Source of the DNA: a virus
Lineage: Duplodnaviria; Caudoviricetes
DNA length: 64,000 bases
Reading direction: 5' to 3' (one strand)
IMG/VR virus record: IMGVR_UViG_3300032280_000320
Span: 32,001 to 96,000 of that record
Shown: positions 1 to 8,761 of the stretch, piece by piece
How the letters are laid out: every line of letters begins with the position of its first letter
How positions within the stretch are numbered: position 1 is the stretch's first letter
The notes under the pieces: generated by a model
What the model was told of the DNA's origin: nothing
Seen by the model: only the letters and a program-made list of their open reading frames with translations
Databases searched by the model: none
Program-made: the position numbers and the translations under genes

Positions 1-212
1 ATTGCTCCACTAAATGCCATGTACCAATATCTTGGGCATGTTCCATGGCCGTATCCTAAAGAGCTAGGGCTAAATGATTTCTTTGTCATCTCTCCATCAG
101 CACGTTTAGTATTACGGTATGACTCATCAAGCAGCTGGGCAAATAATTCTGGATCAAAGTGTTTGCCAGTATGCTTTTTAAACTTTAAATTTTTTACAAT
201 GTCTCTTGCCAT
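1..212 (-). CDS. Cas4-like / PD-(D/E)XK exonuclease, N-terminal part (runs off window)
   Basis: Manual translation from ATG at 212: MARDIVKNLKFKKH...KSFSPSSLGYGHGTCPRYWYMAFSGA. The S-x-S-x-L...CPR pattern is typical of Cas4-like phage exonucleases. Abuts the stop of the upstream gene. Not in the ORF track. Confidence 0.6.
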   Translation of the reverse strand, partial: MARDIVKNLKFKKHTGKHFDPELFAQLLDESYRNTKRADGEMTKKSFSPSSLGYGHGTCPRYWYMAFSGA

Positions 213-551
213 TTATGAATTGTACCTAACGACATACTTAAGTGCATCTACAAGTTTGTCTATGGACTCCTTTACTGAATAATAAATATTCTTTTTATTG
301 TTGTTTGCTGTTCCAGCCTTGTCTTTTGCAATAGTAGAATATACTGAAGCAAGTACGGCAAACTTAGTTGACATAGCCTGCAGCTCCATAATTAAATGTG
401 GAGCTTTAGCAGATGGTACGTCTGGGTTCATTAATAATTTTACCACAATAGCCAGAGCTTTATCTAAATGCTCATCCTTCATAAACTCATGCAGGTCATT
501 GAACTCTGTGATATCGCTTATCAACTCAAGTGTATTTTTATCTTCTGCCAT
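213..551 (-). CDS. hypothetical phage protein (112 aa)
   Basis: ORF tightly packed in the minus-strand operon; no family recognised. Confidence 0.7.
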   Translation of the reverse strand: MAEDKNTLELISDITEFNDLHEFMKDEHLDKALAIVVKLLMNPDVPSAKAPHLIMELQAMSTKFAVLASVYSTIAKDKAGTANNNKKNIYYSVKESIDKLVDALKYVVRYNS

Positions 552-642
552 CTTTTTCCCTCTTGTCTAATTTGTCAATAAATAAACCAAGGCCGTAACC
601 AATAATAAATCCAATTGCCGCCCCACAAATAAAAGAAATCAC
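538..642 (-). CDS. small single-pass membrane protein (34 aa)
   Basis: Manual translation from GTG: MISFICGAAIGFIIGYGLGLFIDKLDKREKDGRR*. Start overlaps the SSB stop (TAGTG) and it fills the gap exactly; hydrophobic GxxxG helix plus basic tail. Confidence 0.55.
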   Translation of the reverse strand: MISFICGAAIGFIIGYGLGLFIDKLDKREKDGRR

Positions 643-1028
643 TAGAATGGAACCTCTGCGTTCATGTCCCAGCTTGCGCTAGACGAAGCCTTCTCACGTG
701 AAACAGACCATGGAGTCAAGCCAATGCTAGTGGCTTTAATTTCATAACTATTTTTGGTTTGTCCCGTTTCTTTGTCTTTCCATGTCTCTTCATAGATTAC
801 TCCAGAGATAGTAACCTCTTGTCCTTTTTTAAGGACATCTTTAGCTTGCTCTGCAAGTCTATTCCAAACTTTAACTGTCCACCAAGAAGTTGGACCGTCT
901 TTCCATTCTCCAGTGGAGTCATCTCTAATACGGTCATTGGTTGCAACTCTTAGCCTTAATCCGCCATTGCCTAAAGCAACTGGATCCTGCCCAATCTTTC
1001 CAACAAAACTAACATCTGGATTACTCAT
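642..1028 (-). CDS. ssb: single-stranded DNA-binding protein (OB fold, actinobacterial-like)
   Basis: LRVATNDR...GEWKDGPTSWWTVKVWNRLAE...LKKGQEVTISG; C-terminal EVPF tail. Confidence 0.9.
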   Translation of the reverse strand: MSNPDVSFVGKIGQDPVALGNGGLRLRVATNDRIRDDSTGEWKDGPTSWWTVKVWNRLAEQAKDVLKKGQEVTISGVIYEETWKDKETGQTKNSYEIKATSIGLTPWSVSREKASSSASWDMNAEVPF

Positions 1029-1326
1029 GATTTTCCTCCCAAAACGATATCAGTTCTTCTAATACCGTCCATTCAATGATTCCAAGACGAACCTTAGAAT
1101 CAGTTCCTATAATTATTTTTAACGCTGGGTGCATATCTCTACTTACTTTAAATGTATCAGTGCATATCTTAGACCACACTGGTTTGTTTAAAGTAAAAGA
1201 AGAAGATGCCTCCTTGTAATCAACAAGGAATTGATTCCATTTGGCATCACCCTTTTGATAATCTCCACGCCCACTATTCTTTTGTGCTTTTGCGCCATCT
1301 CTTTTAACTTCTGATCTTTCTGACAT
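1021..1326 (-). CDS. Holliday junction resolvase-like PD-(D/E)XK nuclease
   Basis: SE...NSGRG...KGDA...FLVDYKE motif arrangement; lies next to recA and ssb. Confidence 0.6.
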   Translation of the reverse strand: MSERSEVKRDGAKAQKNSGRGDYQKGDAKWNQFLVDYKEASSSFTLNKPVWSKICTDTFKVSRDMHPALKIIIGTDSKVRLGIIEWTVLEELISFWEENHE

Positions 1327-1520
1327 TAGCCCACCTGATGCTTTGTTTCATGTCCATTAGAGCATGTCCATTGCATAGTTAAACTTTCTGGATCCCACAA
1401 CCCACCATCCACATCAAGCTCACATTTAGAACAAGGTCTAATACCTTCAAGGCTTTCCAATGTGGAACGAAGAGCCTCTTTCTGCTCTTTGTTGTTTAAA
1501 AATTCATTAAGATCTGGCAT
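1326..1520 (-). CDS. small zinc-ribbon protein
   Basis: CSKC...WTCSNGH; overlaps both neighbours. Confidence 0.65.
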   Translation of the reverse strand: MPDLNEFLNNKEQKEALRSTLESLEGIRPCSKCELDVDGGLWDPESLTMQWTCSNGHETKHQVG

Positions 1521-2511
1521 TTATTTTATCAGCCAATTCTATAACTACTTCTGGATTTTCTTTTAAGTAAGCAACTGCTTTTGCACGTCCCTGAAGTCTC
1601 TCTCCGTTTACTGTATACCAAGCTCCACCCTTTTCTACTGCACCAACCATCTCTGCAACATCTAGCGTTTCTCCGACTGCATCTACTCCTAAGATTTCTC
1701 CTTGATAGTAGAAGTCGTATTGTCCTGAAAGATTAGGGGGGCCGAGTTTGTTGTAATCAATAATCCAATTGACTGGTCTGCCAACTCTTTGCTCAATGAT
1801 TTTGTCACCAACTTTAATGCCCGCTTTAATCGCATTAGCCTCAGCTTCCGAAGACCATAACTTAATGACCGTGGAAGAGAAGAACTTAACTGCCATTCCT
1901 CCTGTCGGAATATGGGAGGCATGCATAGATCCAAATTGATTTCTTTGCTGTGAGATGAGTACCAATAGTGTATTTTTGTTTGCATAATTTAACATCTTGA
2001 CTGCATGAGTCATATCCTTTGCTTCTGCTCCGATTTGCTTAGTGTCTTGCAAATCTTTCATTTCATTTCCATCTTTTTCAAAATAAATTGCTGGCAATAA
2101 TGCTGAGATTGAGTCTACAACAATGATATCAACACCAGCATCCATTAGCTTTGTAGCAACATCTACCATATCGTTTACAGTTTTTGCTGGGGAATAGATA
2201 AGGGAAGCCGAATCTACTCCAAGCATCTCTGCCCACGACTGATCATATGAGGCCTCAGCATCAATCCAAGCGCAAGTCTTTCCTTCTTTTTGTGCCATAC
2301 CAATCATCTGCAAACAAAAAGAAGACTTACCAGCAGACTTATTTCCCCAGACTAATACCTGTCTTCCGTATCCAAGCCCGCCCTTTAATGCCATGTTTAA
2401 ACCAATGCTAGGTGTCAATTGCTTTTCAACTTTTACGTCTTGTGCAGACTGAACTCTTGCTCTAGTTTTTGGATCTAACTTTGCTAATATATCATTTATT
2501 TGTATAGTCAT
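1507..2511 (-). CDS. recA: RecA/UvsX-like recombinase
   Basis: GGLGYGR, Walker A GNKSAGKSS, WIDAE, Walker B IIVVDS, GGMAVKFFSS, KGGAWY...QGR. Confidence 0.95.
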   Translation of the reverse strand: MTIQINDILAKLDPKTRARVQSAQDVKVEKQLTPSIGLNMALKGGLGYGRQVLVWGNKSAGKSSFCLQMIGMAQKEGKTCAWIDAEASYDQSWAEMLGVDSASLIYSPAKTVNDMVDVATKLMDAGVDIIVVDSISALLPAIYFEKDGNEMKDLQDTKQIGAEAKDMTHAVKMLNYANKNTLLVLISQQRNQFGSMHASHIPTGGMAVKFFSSTVIKLWSSEAEANAIKAGIKVGDKIIEQRVGRPVNWIIDYNKLGPPNLSGQYDFYYQGEILGVDAVGETLDVAEMVGAVEKGGAWYTVNGERLQGRAKAVAYLKENPEVVIELADKINARS

Positions 2512-2531
2512 ATAAACCTTTTCTTTGTATT

Positions 2532-2540
2532 AGTATAGCA
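2532..2540 (-). promoter_or_regulatory. extended -10 promoter (TGC-TATACT) upstream of recA
   Basis: TGnTAnnnT in the only intergenic gap; the motif recurs across the window. Confidence 0.5.
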
Positions 2541-2882
2541 TTAAAACAAATTCCCGTGAAGCCTTTGTCTCTCTTTATTTTTATTTATCTTATTGTCCAT
2601 TACTTCATCCAAAGAATGTTCAACAAATCCTTCGTTCATCATTGCAGCATAAAGATCAAGCAGTCTAATTATTACATCAGCCATTTCTTCTACAATTTCT
2701 TCAGAGCCTTTATCTTTACGAATAGCCTCCAGGACTTCAGTTACTTCTGAATGCACAAGAGCAAGCTTATTTCCAATCTTGTCATATGTAATCTCTCCAT
2801 CCCAGAAACCCTTTTCTAAAGCTGACTCATGCAGTAGCGCTGCAAATGCATCTAGCCCATAATCAGTGCTCAACGTTGTCAT
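2541..2882 (-). CDS. MazG-like nucleotide pyrophosphohydrolase
   Basis: KLALVHSEVTEVLEAIRK...EEMADVIIRLLD...KINKNKER. Confidence 0.85.
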   Translation of the reverse strand: MTTLSTDYGLDAFAALLHESALEKGFWDGEITYDKIGNKLALVHSEVTEVLEAIRKDKGSEEIVEEMADVIIRLLDLYAAMMNEGFVEHSLDEVMDNKINKNKERQRLHGNLF

Positions 2883-3075
2883 CTTTTACCTTTAACTTAA
2901 ATACAAATGTCTGATTATCTGCATCGTAGTCAACCTGTAGTTCCTTGTCTTCATTTAAAGCTTCAATTAAAACACTGGTGGGAACCATTAGTTCTTTATG
3001 TGATTCTAATATTGCTACTAATATCTTTGTAACATTTAGTTCTGCAAAGATATCCTCTGGTGCTTCTTCTGTCAT
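2863..3075 (-). CDS. hypothetical acidic protein (70 aa)
   Basis: Overlaps the dnaE stop and the MazG-like start. Confidence 0.65.
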   Translation of the reverse strand: MTEEAPEDIFAELNVTKILVAILESHKELMVPTSVLIEALNEDKELQVDYDADNQTFVFKLKVKDDNVEH

Positions 3076-6000
3076 AGTATTTCCTTTATATTTAATGTGC
3101 CGTCATCTAATTTAGATAGCACAACCTTACATTTCATTCCCTCTCGCATCTTGGCAAGAGACATCTTATACATTGTTGGAAAAGCAATAACTCTAGTTAA
3201 TTCTTTATCCTTGTTAGACAATACAATATGGCTCATTTGCTTTCCAGCTTTGGTTGTATATGGGGTAAAGTTAACTACAATATACTCATCTTCTTCTAGA
3301 TCATATTCTTTTCTATATAGATAGTCAACAAACAAATCATCTGACTTAGGATCAATATCACTTACCTTAATATATCTGGCAATACGATTATCTCCAACTA
3401 AAATAAAATACATTTGATTTGTTTCAATTTGTGTCTGCTCTGTATGGAATAAACCAATAGAACCAGTTTCATCTACCAGTTCAACTCTTGCCCAGCCACT
3501 TCCACGCTTAATTGATTTAACCATTCCAAACATTACAAATGAACCTAGGTCATCGAAGTCTTGAATTGGTCTTGCCTGTGCTTTAATGCGTGGCGGAATT
3601 CCAGCTAAATTAAATGTTGGTATTCCTAGGTATTCGTAGTAGTTGTCTTTCTCGTTACCTTGTCTTGGATTATCGTCAAAAGCCGCACCACCGATGGAAT
3701 TAAGAGCAGTGATAGCCCTGCTATTAATGCCGCTACCTTTTTTCGACGCTTTATCAATGAAATCAACATAGTCTTTGTATGGTCTCTTTTCTATGATCTT
3801 GTTTGCAATACTGTCTGAGATAAACTTTACCTCAGCTAAACCAAATCTAATAGACTCTCCTTGTAAAGAGAAGTAAATATCAGACTCGTTAATGTGTGGA
3901 AGCTTGATACTCAAGCCAAGTCTTTTTGCTTCAATTAAATATTCTGTTCTTGCGTCCTTGTCATTTTCGTTTTTAAGAATTGAAAACATGAACTCAAGAG
4001 GATAATAGGACTTAAGCCAAGCAGTATAATAACTAAGCATAGAGTAAGCAACAGCATGGGAACGGTTGAAAGAATAACCAGCATGCGCTTCAAAGTCGTG
4101 CCAAAGCGCCTCTGCTTTTTTCTTAGTAATGTGTTCTGAAGCCCCAGTAACAAACTTATCCTTGAATTGGTCAAACTCTTTTGCATCTTTCTTCTTTCCA
4201 ATAATCTTGCGGACCTTATCAGCCTCTGCCCAAGTCATACCTCCCAAGTGTACGCATGCCTGCATAACTTGCTCTTGATATATAATAACACCATATGTGT
4301 TTTCTGTAAAAGGCTTAAGAATGGTGTGCGTATACTCTACCGCTTCACGACCATGCTTACGATTAATATAAGATGCACCAACTGTATTCATCGCACCAGG
4401 GCGAACTAGGGCATTTGATGCAGCAAGATCTTCAAATTTGTCTACACCCATTTTCATTAAAAGGTTTGTGTATGGGGTTGCTTCTGCCTGAAACACTCCC
4501 TTTGTATAACCTTCTGAAAGCATCTGATAAACCTTTGGGTCATCCATAGATAGCCCAGAAAGATTAATATCCTTCTTGTGTCTTTTCTTAATTGATCCAA
4601 GAGTGTCTGAGATTACAGATAAAGTTTTAAGACCTAGCGCATCTAGCTTAATGAGACCAATGTCTGCAACGGTATCCATATCATATGCTACAACAGGAAT
4701 TCTTCCTGAAACTTTGTCCTGTGAGTCTTCACGAGATTCAACTGGGGCAAACTTTCGTAGATCATCTTTTGCTACCACAACTCCAGCAGCATGAACTCCA
4801 ACTGACCTGATTCTTCCACGAAGTCTGTCTGCAAGCCAAACTACTTCTGGGTAGCGCAATCTAAATTCTTTTGTGTTTGGTGAGTCAATAAAATCTTCAA
4901 ATGTATCTACAGACTTAAGTGCACGATTAACCTCTTGAAGTGGAACCATAAATACACGAGCAGCATCTCTAACAACTCCCTTATCCTTAAAGTAGGTATA
5001 GGTTGAAATAGAAGCAACATGCTTAAATCTTTTCTTTAAATAATCTTTAACCTCTTTGCGACGACGGTCTTCAAAGTCAGTATCAATATCTGGAAAGTCA
5101 TTTCGTTCTGGGTTAATAAAACGGAAGAACAGCAAATCATATTCAATTGGATCTACATCTGTAATTCCAAGAGCATAGCAAACTAATGATCCAGCTGCTG
5201 AACCACGGCCAGGACCAACACGAATATCATTTTCCTTGGCCCAGTTAATCATGTCTGCAACCACTAGGAAATAGGAGGCAAAATTCTTTGAAGCAATAAT
5301 GTCTAACTCTTCCCTTAGCCTGTCCCTATAAATAGGGTCTGAAGCCTTCTGAAGGCTCTCTAAGCCCTTTTCAGACAACTCTAGTAGTCTTTCATCGGCA
5401 TCAGTCTTTGGGACTGGCAGAAGGTCTAGGCCCTGATAGAAATCATACTCCTCAATCTTATTTGCAATCTCCATAGTATTTTCGTATATGTCTGTTCGAT
5501 TAATTCCAGCCTTATTAAAGTCTGCCTCAATTTCTGAGCGTGACTGAATAAATAGGTTATAGTCTTGGAATGATATTCTTCTATCTGGATAAAGATAATT
5601 AAATCTATCAAGCATGTCTTTAATATTTCTAGACATGTCAAAATCTGTATCCTTGTCTGCCTTTGGTGATGTGGATAGAATAAGTAATGCTTCTTCTAAT
5701 ATTCTGTCTTCTTCTTTAGCAAAGTGAGCATCTCCTGTTGCCACCGCTTTAATTTTAAGTTCATCTGCTAACTCAAGAAGCTTTGAATTTATTTCTTGGG
5801 GATTGTGAGACTGCACTTCAATATAGAAATCCTCAGCAAAATTTTTCTTAAAATCTTGTAGGATAATCTTTGCTTCTTTGAACTCACCCTTTTCAATGCA
5901 CTTCGAAATAAGACCATTAAGACATCCAGAAAGAACGATAATACCTTCTTTGTATTCATTTAAAACCTCTCTATCAATGCGTGGCTTATGGTAAAAGCCT

Positions 6001-6347
6001 TCATTCCACGCAAGCTCTTGAAGCGTGTTAATATTTTCTAGCCCCTTCTTATTTTTTGCAAGAAGGATAATATGGTTGTAAGCCTGAATAGACTTATCTG
6101 TTTTAGATGATCTATCAAATCTATCTGTGGGGGAGATGTATGCCTCTACACCAAGGATTGGTTTAATTCCTAATTCTTTTGCAGCAATCTGCATGTCTCG
6201 GTGTGATGAAAGTGTTCCATGATCTGTAATTGCAATTGCTGTTTGCCCAGCATCTAGTGCAGCCTGACATAATTCTTTAGGTGAATTTAATCCATCCATT
6301 AATGAATAATATGAATGGACGTGTAGGTGTGTGAATTGATTACTCAA
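3072..6347 (-). CDS. dnaE: DNA polymerase III alpha subunit (C-family polymerase)
   Basis: PHP domain HLHVHSYYSLMDG / TDHG; GPGRGSAAGSLV; PDIDTDF; HAAGVV; YSFNRSHAVAY. No intein evident (1091 aa). Confidence 0.97.
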   Translation of the reverse strand: MSNQFTHLHVHSYYSLMDGLNSPKELCQAALDAGQTAIAITDHGTLSSHRDMQIAAKELGIKPILGVEAYISPTDRFDRSSKTDKSIQAYNHIILLAKNKKGLENINTLQELAWNEGFYHKPRIDREVLNEYKEGIIVLSGCLNGLISKCIEKGEFKEAKIILQDFKKNFAEDFYIEVQSHNPQEINSKLLELADELKIKAVATGDAHFAKEEDRILEEALLILSTSPKADKDTDFDMSRNIKDMLDRFNYLYPDRRISFQDYNLFIQSRSEIEADFNKAGINRTDIYENTMEIANKIEEYDFYQGLDLLPVPKTDADERLLELSEKGLESLQKASDPIYRDRLREELDIIASKNFASYFLVVADMINWAKENDIRVGPGRGSAAGSLVCYALGITDVDPIEYDLLFFRFINPERNDFPDIDTDFEDRRRKEVKDYLKKRFKHVASISTYTYFKDKGVVRDAARVFMVPLQEVNRALKSVDTFEDFIDSPNTKEFRLRYPEVVWLADRLRGRIRSVGVHAAGVVVAKDDLRKFAPVESREDSQDKVSGRIPVVAYDMDTVADIGLIKLDALGLKTLSVISDTLGSIKKRHKKDINLSGLSMDDPKVYQMLSEGYTKGVFQAEATPYTNLLMKMGVDKFEDLAASNALVRPGAMNTVGASYINRKHGREAVEYTHTILKPFTENTYGVIIYQEQVMQACVHLGGMTWAEADKVRKIIGKKKDAKEFDQFKDKFVTGASEHITKKKAEALWHDFEAHAGYSFNRSHAVAYSMLSYYTAWLKSYYPLEFMFSILKNENDKDARTEYLIEAKRLGLSIKLPHINESDIYFSLQGESIRFGLAEVKFISDSIANKIIEKRPYKDYVDFIDKASKKGSGINSRAITALNSIGGAAFDDNPRQGNEKDNYYEYLGIPTFNLAGIPPRIKAQARPIQDFDDLGSFVMFGMVKSIKRGSGWARVELVDETGSIGLFHTEQTQIETNQMYFILVGDNRIARYIKVSDIDPKSDDLFVDYLYRKEYDLEEDEYIVVNFTPYTTKAGKQMSHIVLSNKDKELTRVIAFPTMYKMSLAKMREGMKCKVVLSKLDDGTLNIKEIL

Positions 6348-6480
6348 AGTCTACCTGATTTTCAAAATACTGTAATGGGATTGTTTGTTTATCATCATCC
6401 ATTGCTCCGCACTTAACGCATGTAACCTGTCCATCTAAATCTAATTCAAAGTTGCATCCATACTTATTGCATATGCTCAT
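6340..6480 (-). CDS. small Cys-rich protein (46 aa)
   Basis: Manual translation MSICNKYGCNFELDLDGQVTCVKCGAMDDDKQTIPLQYFENQVDFE*; coupled to neighbours on both sides; not in the ORF track. Confidence 0.55.
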   Translation of the reverse strand: MSICNKYGCNFELDLDGQVTCVKCGAMDDDKQTIPLQYFENQVDFE

Positions 6481-6686
6481 TAGTATCCGCCCAAGCATTC
6501 ATTTCTAGTATGATAAAGTCTAATCTTTGTCATAGTTTTTTTAGTAGGTGCAAACAGCTCTTCCTTGCAGCAACTACAATTAGTGTGCCACTCTCTTGCA
6601 AAGAAGTCATACTGCATACCTTTATAGTTTGCATACTTCTTTGCTACAAATGTAGCAAATGGATCTGGTATTTCTAGGTTAATCAT
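6480..6686 (-). CDS. small hypothetical Cys/His protein (68 aa)
   Basis: CSCC...HTRNEC possible metal site; follows the tRNA. Confidence 0.6.
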   Translation of the reverse strand: MINLEIPDPFATFVAKKYANYKGMQYDFFAREWHTNCSCCKEELFAPTKKTMTKIRLYHTRNECLGGY

Positions 6687-6706
6687 TTCCGCCGTTTTCT
6701 ATTATG

Positions 6707-6779
6707 TACCAAAGGTGGGATTCGAACCCACGCTGTATAGATTTTAAGTCTACCGCCTCTACCGCTGGGCTACTCTGGC
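6707..6779 (-). tRNA. tRNA-Leu(UAA), short variable loop, no encoded CCA
   Basis: Reverse complement folds: acceptor GCCAGAG/CTTTGGT plus discriminator A, D-arm with GG, anticodon arm GTAGA-CTTAAAA-TCTAT, T-arm GTGGG-TTCGAAT-CCCAC. Confidence 0.9.
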
Positions 6780-6782
6780 AGA

Positions 6783-6804
6783 GTGGGGCGGTAACCCGCC
6801 CCAC
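6783..6804. terminator. GC-rich hairpin between the SSB-like gene stop and the tRNA
   Basis: GTGGGGCGG-TAAC-CCGCCCCAC perfect 9-bp stem. No U-run on the minus strand, so it may be a processing/stability hairpin rather than a terminator. Confidence 0.5.
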
Positions 6805-6809
6805 CTTTA

Positions 6810-7484
6810 CTACCAGTCTAAGCTGCTGCTTGTCGAAGAGTTTGTCTCTTCTGCTTGTCCGCCTTCGCCAGCAAAGAATGACTCTTGATCAGTGTATGGT
6901 AAATCACGCACTGCAGTAGTCTCTAGGTCATACAAATCTACTGTAGATAAATCAAATGCTGTTTCATCTTTTGCTAGTGGAATAATTGTATAACTTGTAT
7001 CTGTTTTTGTACCTGAACGCTTGATGCGCCACATAAGGTTTGTAATTGAGCCCATCTCTCCTGCGTATTCAATTAGTGTAGGTGTAATTGTTTTTCCGCT
7101 TGAGCCCTGTGAAAGAATTGCTACGTATGGATCTTCCTTACCATCATCGATAAGAACATTAATGTAAAGCCGTGAACGACCCTTCCATCCTGCCTTATAA
7201 TCTTTACGATGTTGTTCACAACCATAGCATTTGCCTTGGTCATCCATTGTGCAAAGTGCCTTACGGCGATAGTCCTTTGGATTTGTGTGTTCAACTGCAA
7301 TAAATCCAAGTCCAGCTTTTTCATTGTATGTTGGTGAGTCTGGGTCAAGCTCTTGTAGAAAACGAATCTTAACGCTTTCTGCATCCTCTAGCTTTGCCCA
7401 ACGTGCCTTTGTGCTATCTCCTTCTGAATATGAAGGCTTGTCCATTACTTGATTTAGTCCCTTAAGACCTTTTACTATACCCAT
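6810..7484 (-). CDS. phage ssDNA-binding protein (T4 gp32-like)
   Basis: KIRFL...EH...C...CYGC zinc ligands, IKRSGTKTDTSYTIIP, acidic C-terminal tail; located between primase and dnaE. Confidence 0.7.
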   Translation of the reverse strand: MGIVKGLKGLNQVMDKPSYSEGDSTKARWAKLEDAESVKIRFLQELDPDSPTYNEKAGLGFIAVEHTNPKDYRRKALCTMDDQGKCYGCEQHRKDYKAGWKGRSRLYINVLIDDGKEDPYVAILSQGSSGKTITPTLIEYAGEMGSITNLMWRIKRSGTKTDTSYTIIPLAKDETAFDLSTVDLYDLETTAVRDLPYTDQESFFAGEGGQAEETNSSTSSSLDW

Positions 7485-7535
7485 TTTATCTCCTTTTATA
7501 ATTGATGGTGTAAATCCATCTGTTCTTTTATTGTA

Positions 7536-8534
7536 TCACGGGTTCCAAGATTGATATTCAATATTGGATACTGCGTTCTTAATACAGGCTTTAATCTCTT
7601 CTTGGGTCATATCGCCTACATCTTTTGCATCATGTGGGTATATCTTACCATATTCGTAAGAAGCCCACAAGAGGTCTTTATTCCTTAGCCTGCTGGCTAT
7701 GTTGTTACCAAGCTCTCTTCCAGCCTGGTCTGCGTCTGTCATTATAATTATTCTATTAAAATATTTATTTAATAAAGATATATTCTCTGATGATATGTGA
7801 CCACCTAATGTTGCTACTACATTTGGGAAGCCAGCCTGATGAACTAGGACTGCATCAAAGTTAGATTCAACAATGATTACAATTCCACCTTCTTTTTTTG
7901 CTCTATGAATATTAAACATTGTTTTGCTTCTTGGAAGATTTGTGCTGTTCTTAAATCTCTTGTCTGATATAGATCTGCCAACTAAGCCCACTGGAATTCC
8001 ATCTGGGCTATGTACTGGGGTAATAACCATGCCATTTGCATTTGAGTATCCAAGACCAAAGTATTTCATTGACTCTTCATTGATTCCTCTAGACTCCAAA
8101 TAATCTCTAGGCTCTTTATTGCCAAATAGATCTGCATGTAATCTGTCTAAAACTTCTTGTGAAAATTCTTCAAACTCTGGTTTGTCTTCCATAACAGAGC
8201 TTAGCATCTCATCAAAGTTATCGAGAACAATATTTTCTTTTGAGAACACATATCTCATTGCTTGAAAATCATTCTTATGCAATACTCTTTTAACAAGATC
8301 AATTACTGATCCTGACTCTCCGCATGATGGATTAAAGCAAAGCCATGCGCCAGTTGTTTTACTTATACTACAACTAGCACTGTGTCTATTAGAATGAAAT
8401 GGGCAGTAGAAAGCTATCTCAACATCAGTTTCACCAGTACAGTCTAGGCCTATTCCTTTTACTATAGCCTTGATGTGGTCTGGGGCATACTGCGTGGAAT
8501 CAACTTTCCTTGCGTAATTCCCTCTGACTGCCAT
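7536..8534 (-). CDS. dnaG: DNA primase (CHC2 zinc finger + TOPRIM)
   Basis: CPFH...WLCFNPSC; YLESRGI; IIVESNFDA; TDADQAG. Start moved to MAVRGN (ATG at 8534). Confidence 0.9.
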   Translation of the reverse strand: MAVRGNYARKVDSTQYAPDHIKAIVKGIGLDCTGETDVEIAFYCPFHSNRHSASCSISKTTGAWLCFNPSCGESGSVIDLVKRVLHKNDFQAMRYVFSKENIVLDNFDEMLSSVMEDKPEFEEFSQEVLDRLHADLFGNKEPRDYLESRGINEESMKYFGLGYSNANGMVITPVHSPDGIPVGLVGRSISDKRFKNSTNLPRSKTMFNIHRAKKEGGIVIIVESNFDAVLVHQAGFPNVVATLGGHISSENISLLNKYFNRIIIMTDADQAGRELGNNIASRLRNKDLLWASYEYGKIYPHDAKDVGDMTQEEIKACIKNAVSNIEYQSWNP

Positions 8535-8761
8535 GCTTTCTTCTTTCCAACATATATCCCATAGAGTGTCATTAAGAACACCCATGTTTGTCCGTCAAAT
8601 TCTACCGAAAAGGCTGGGTTTATGTCAAGTACTCTTGCATACCCTTTGCCTTTCATGTCTTGTGTTAGAAGGCTTTCGTACTGCGCTCTAACTCTGATCA
8701 TATCGGAATCGTCTTTAAACTCAACCTTTACTTGAAATCTTTTTATCTGTTTGTGATTCAT
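8462..8761 (-). CDS. hypothetical protein between helicase and primase
   Basis: ORF overlapping both neighbours; probable start MNHKQIK. Confidence 0.55.
   Translation of the reverse strand: MNHKQIKRFQVKVEFKDDSDMIRVRAQYESLLTQDMKGKGYARVLDINPAFSVEFDGQTWVFLMTLYGIYVGKKKAWQSEGITQGKLIPRSMPQTTSRL

Noticed and set aside
6704-6919. + strand 71-aa ORF
   Set aside because: Antisense to the tRNA-Leu and the SSB-like gene end.
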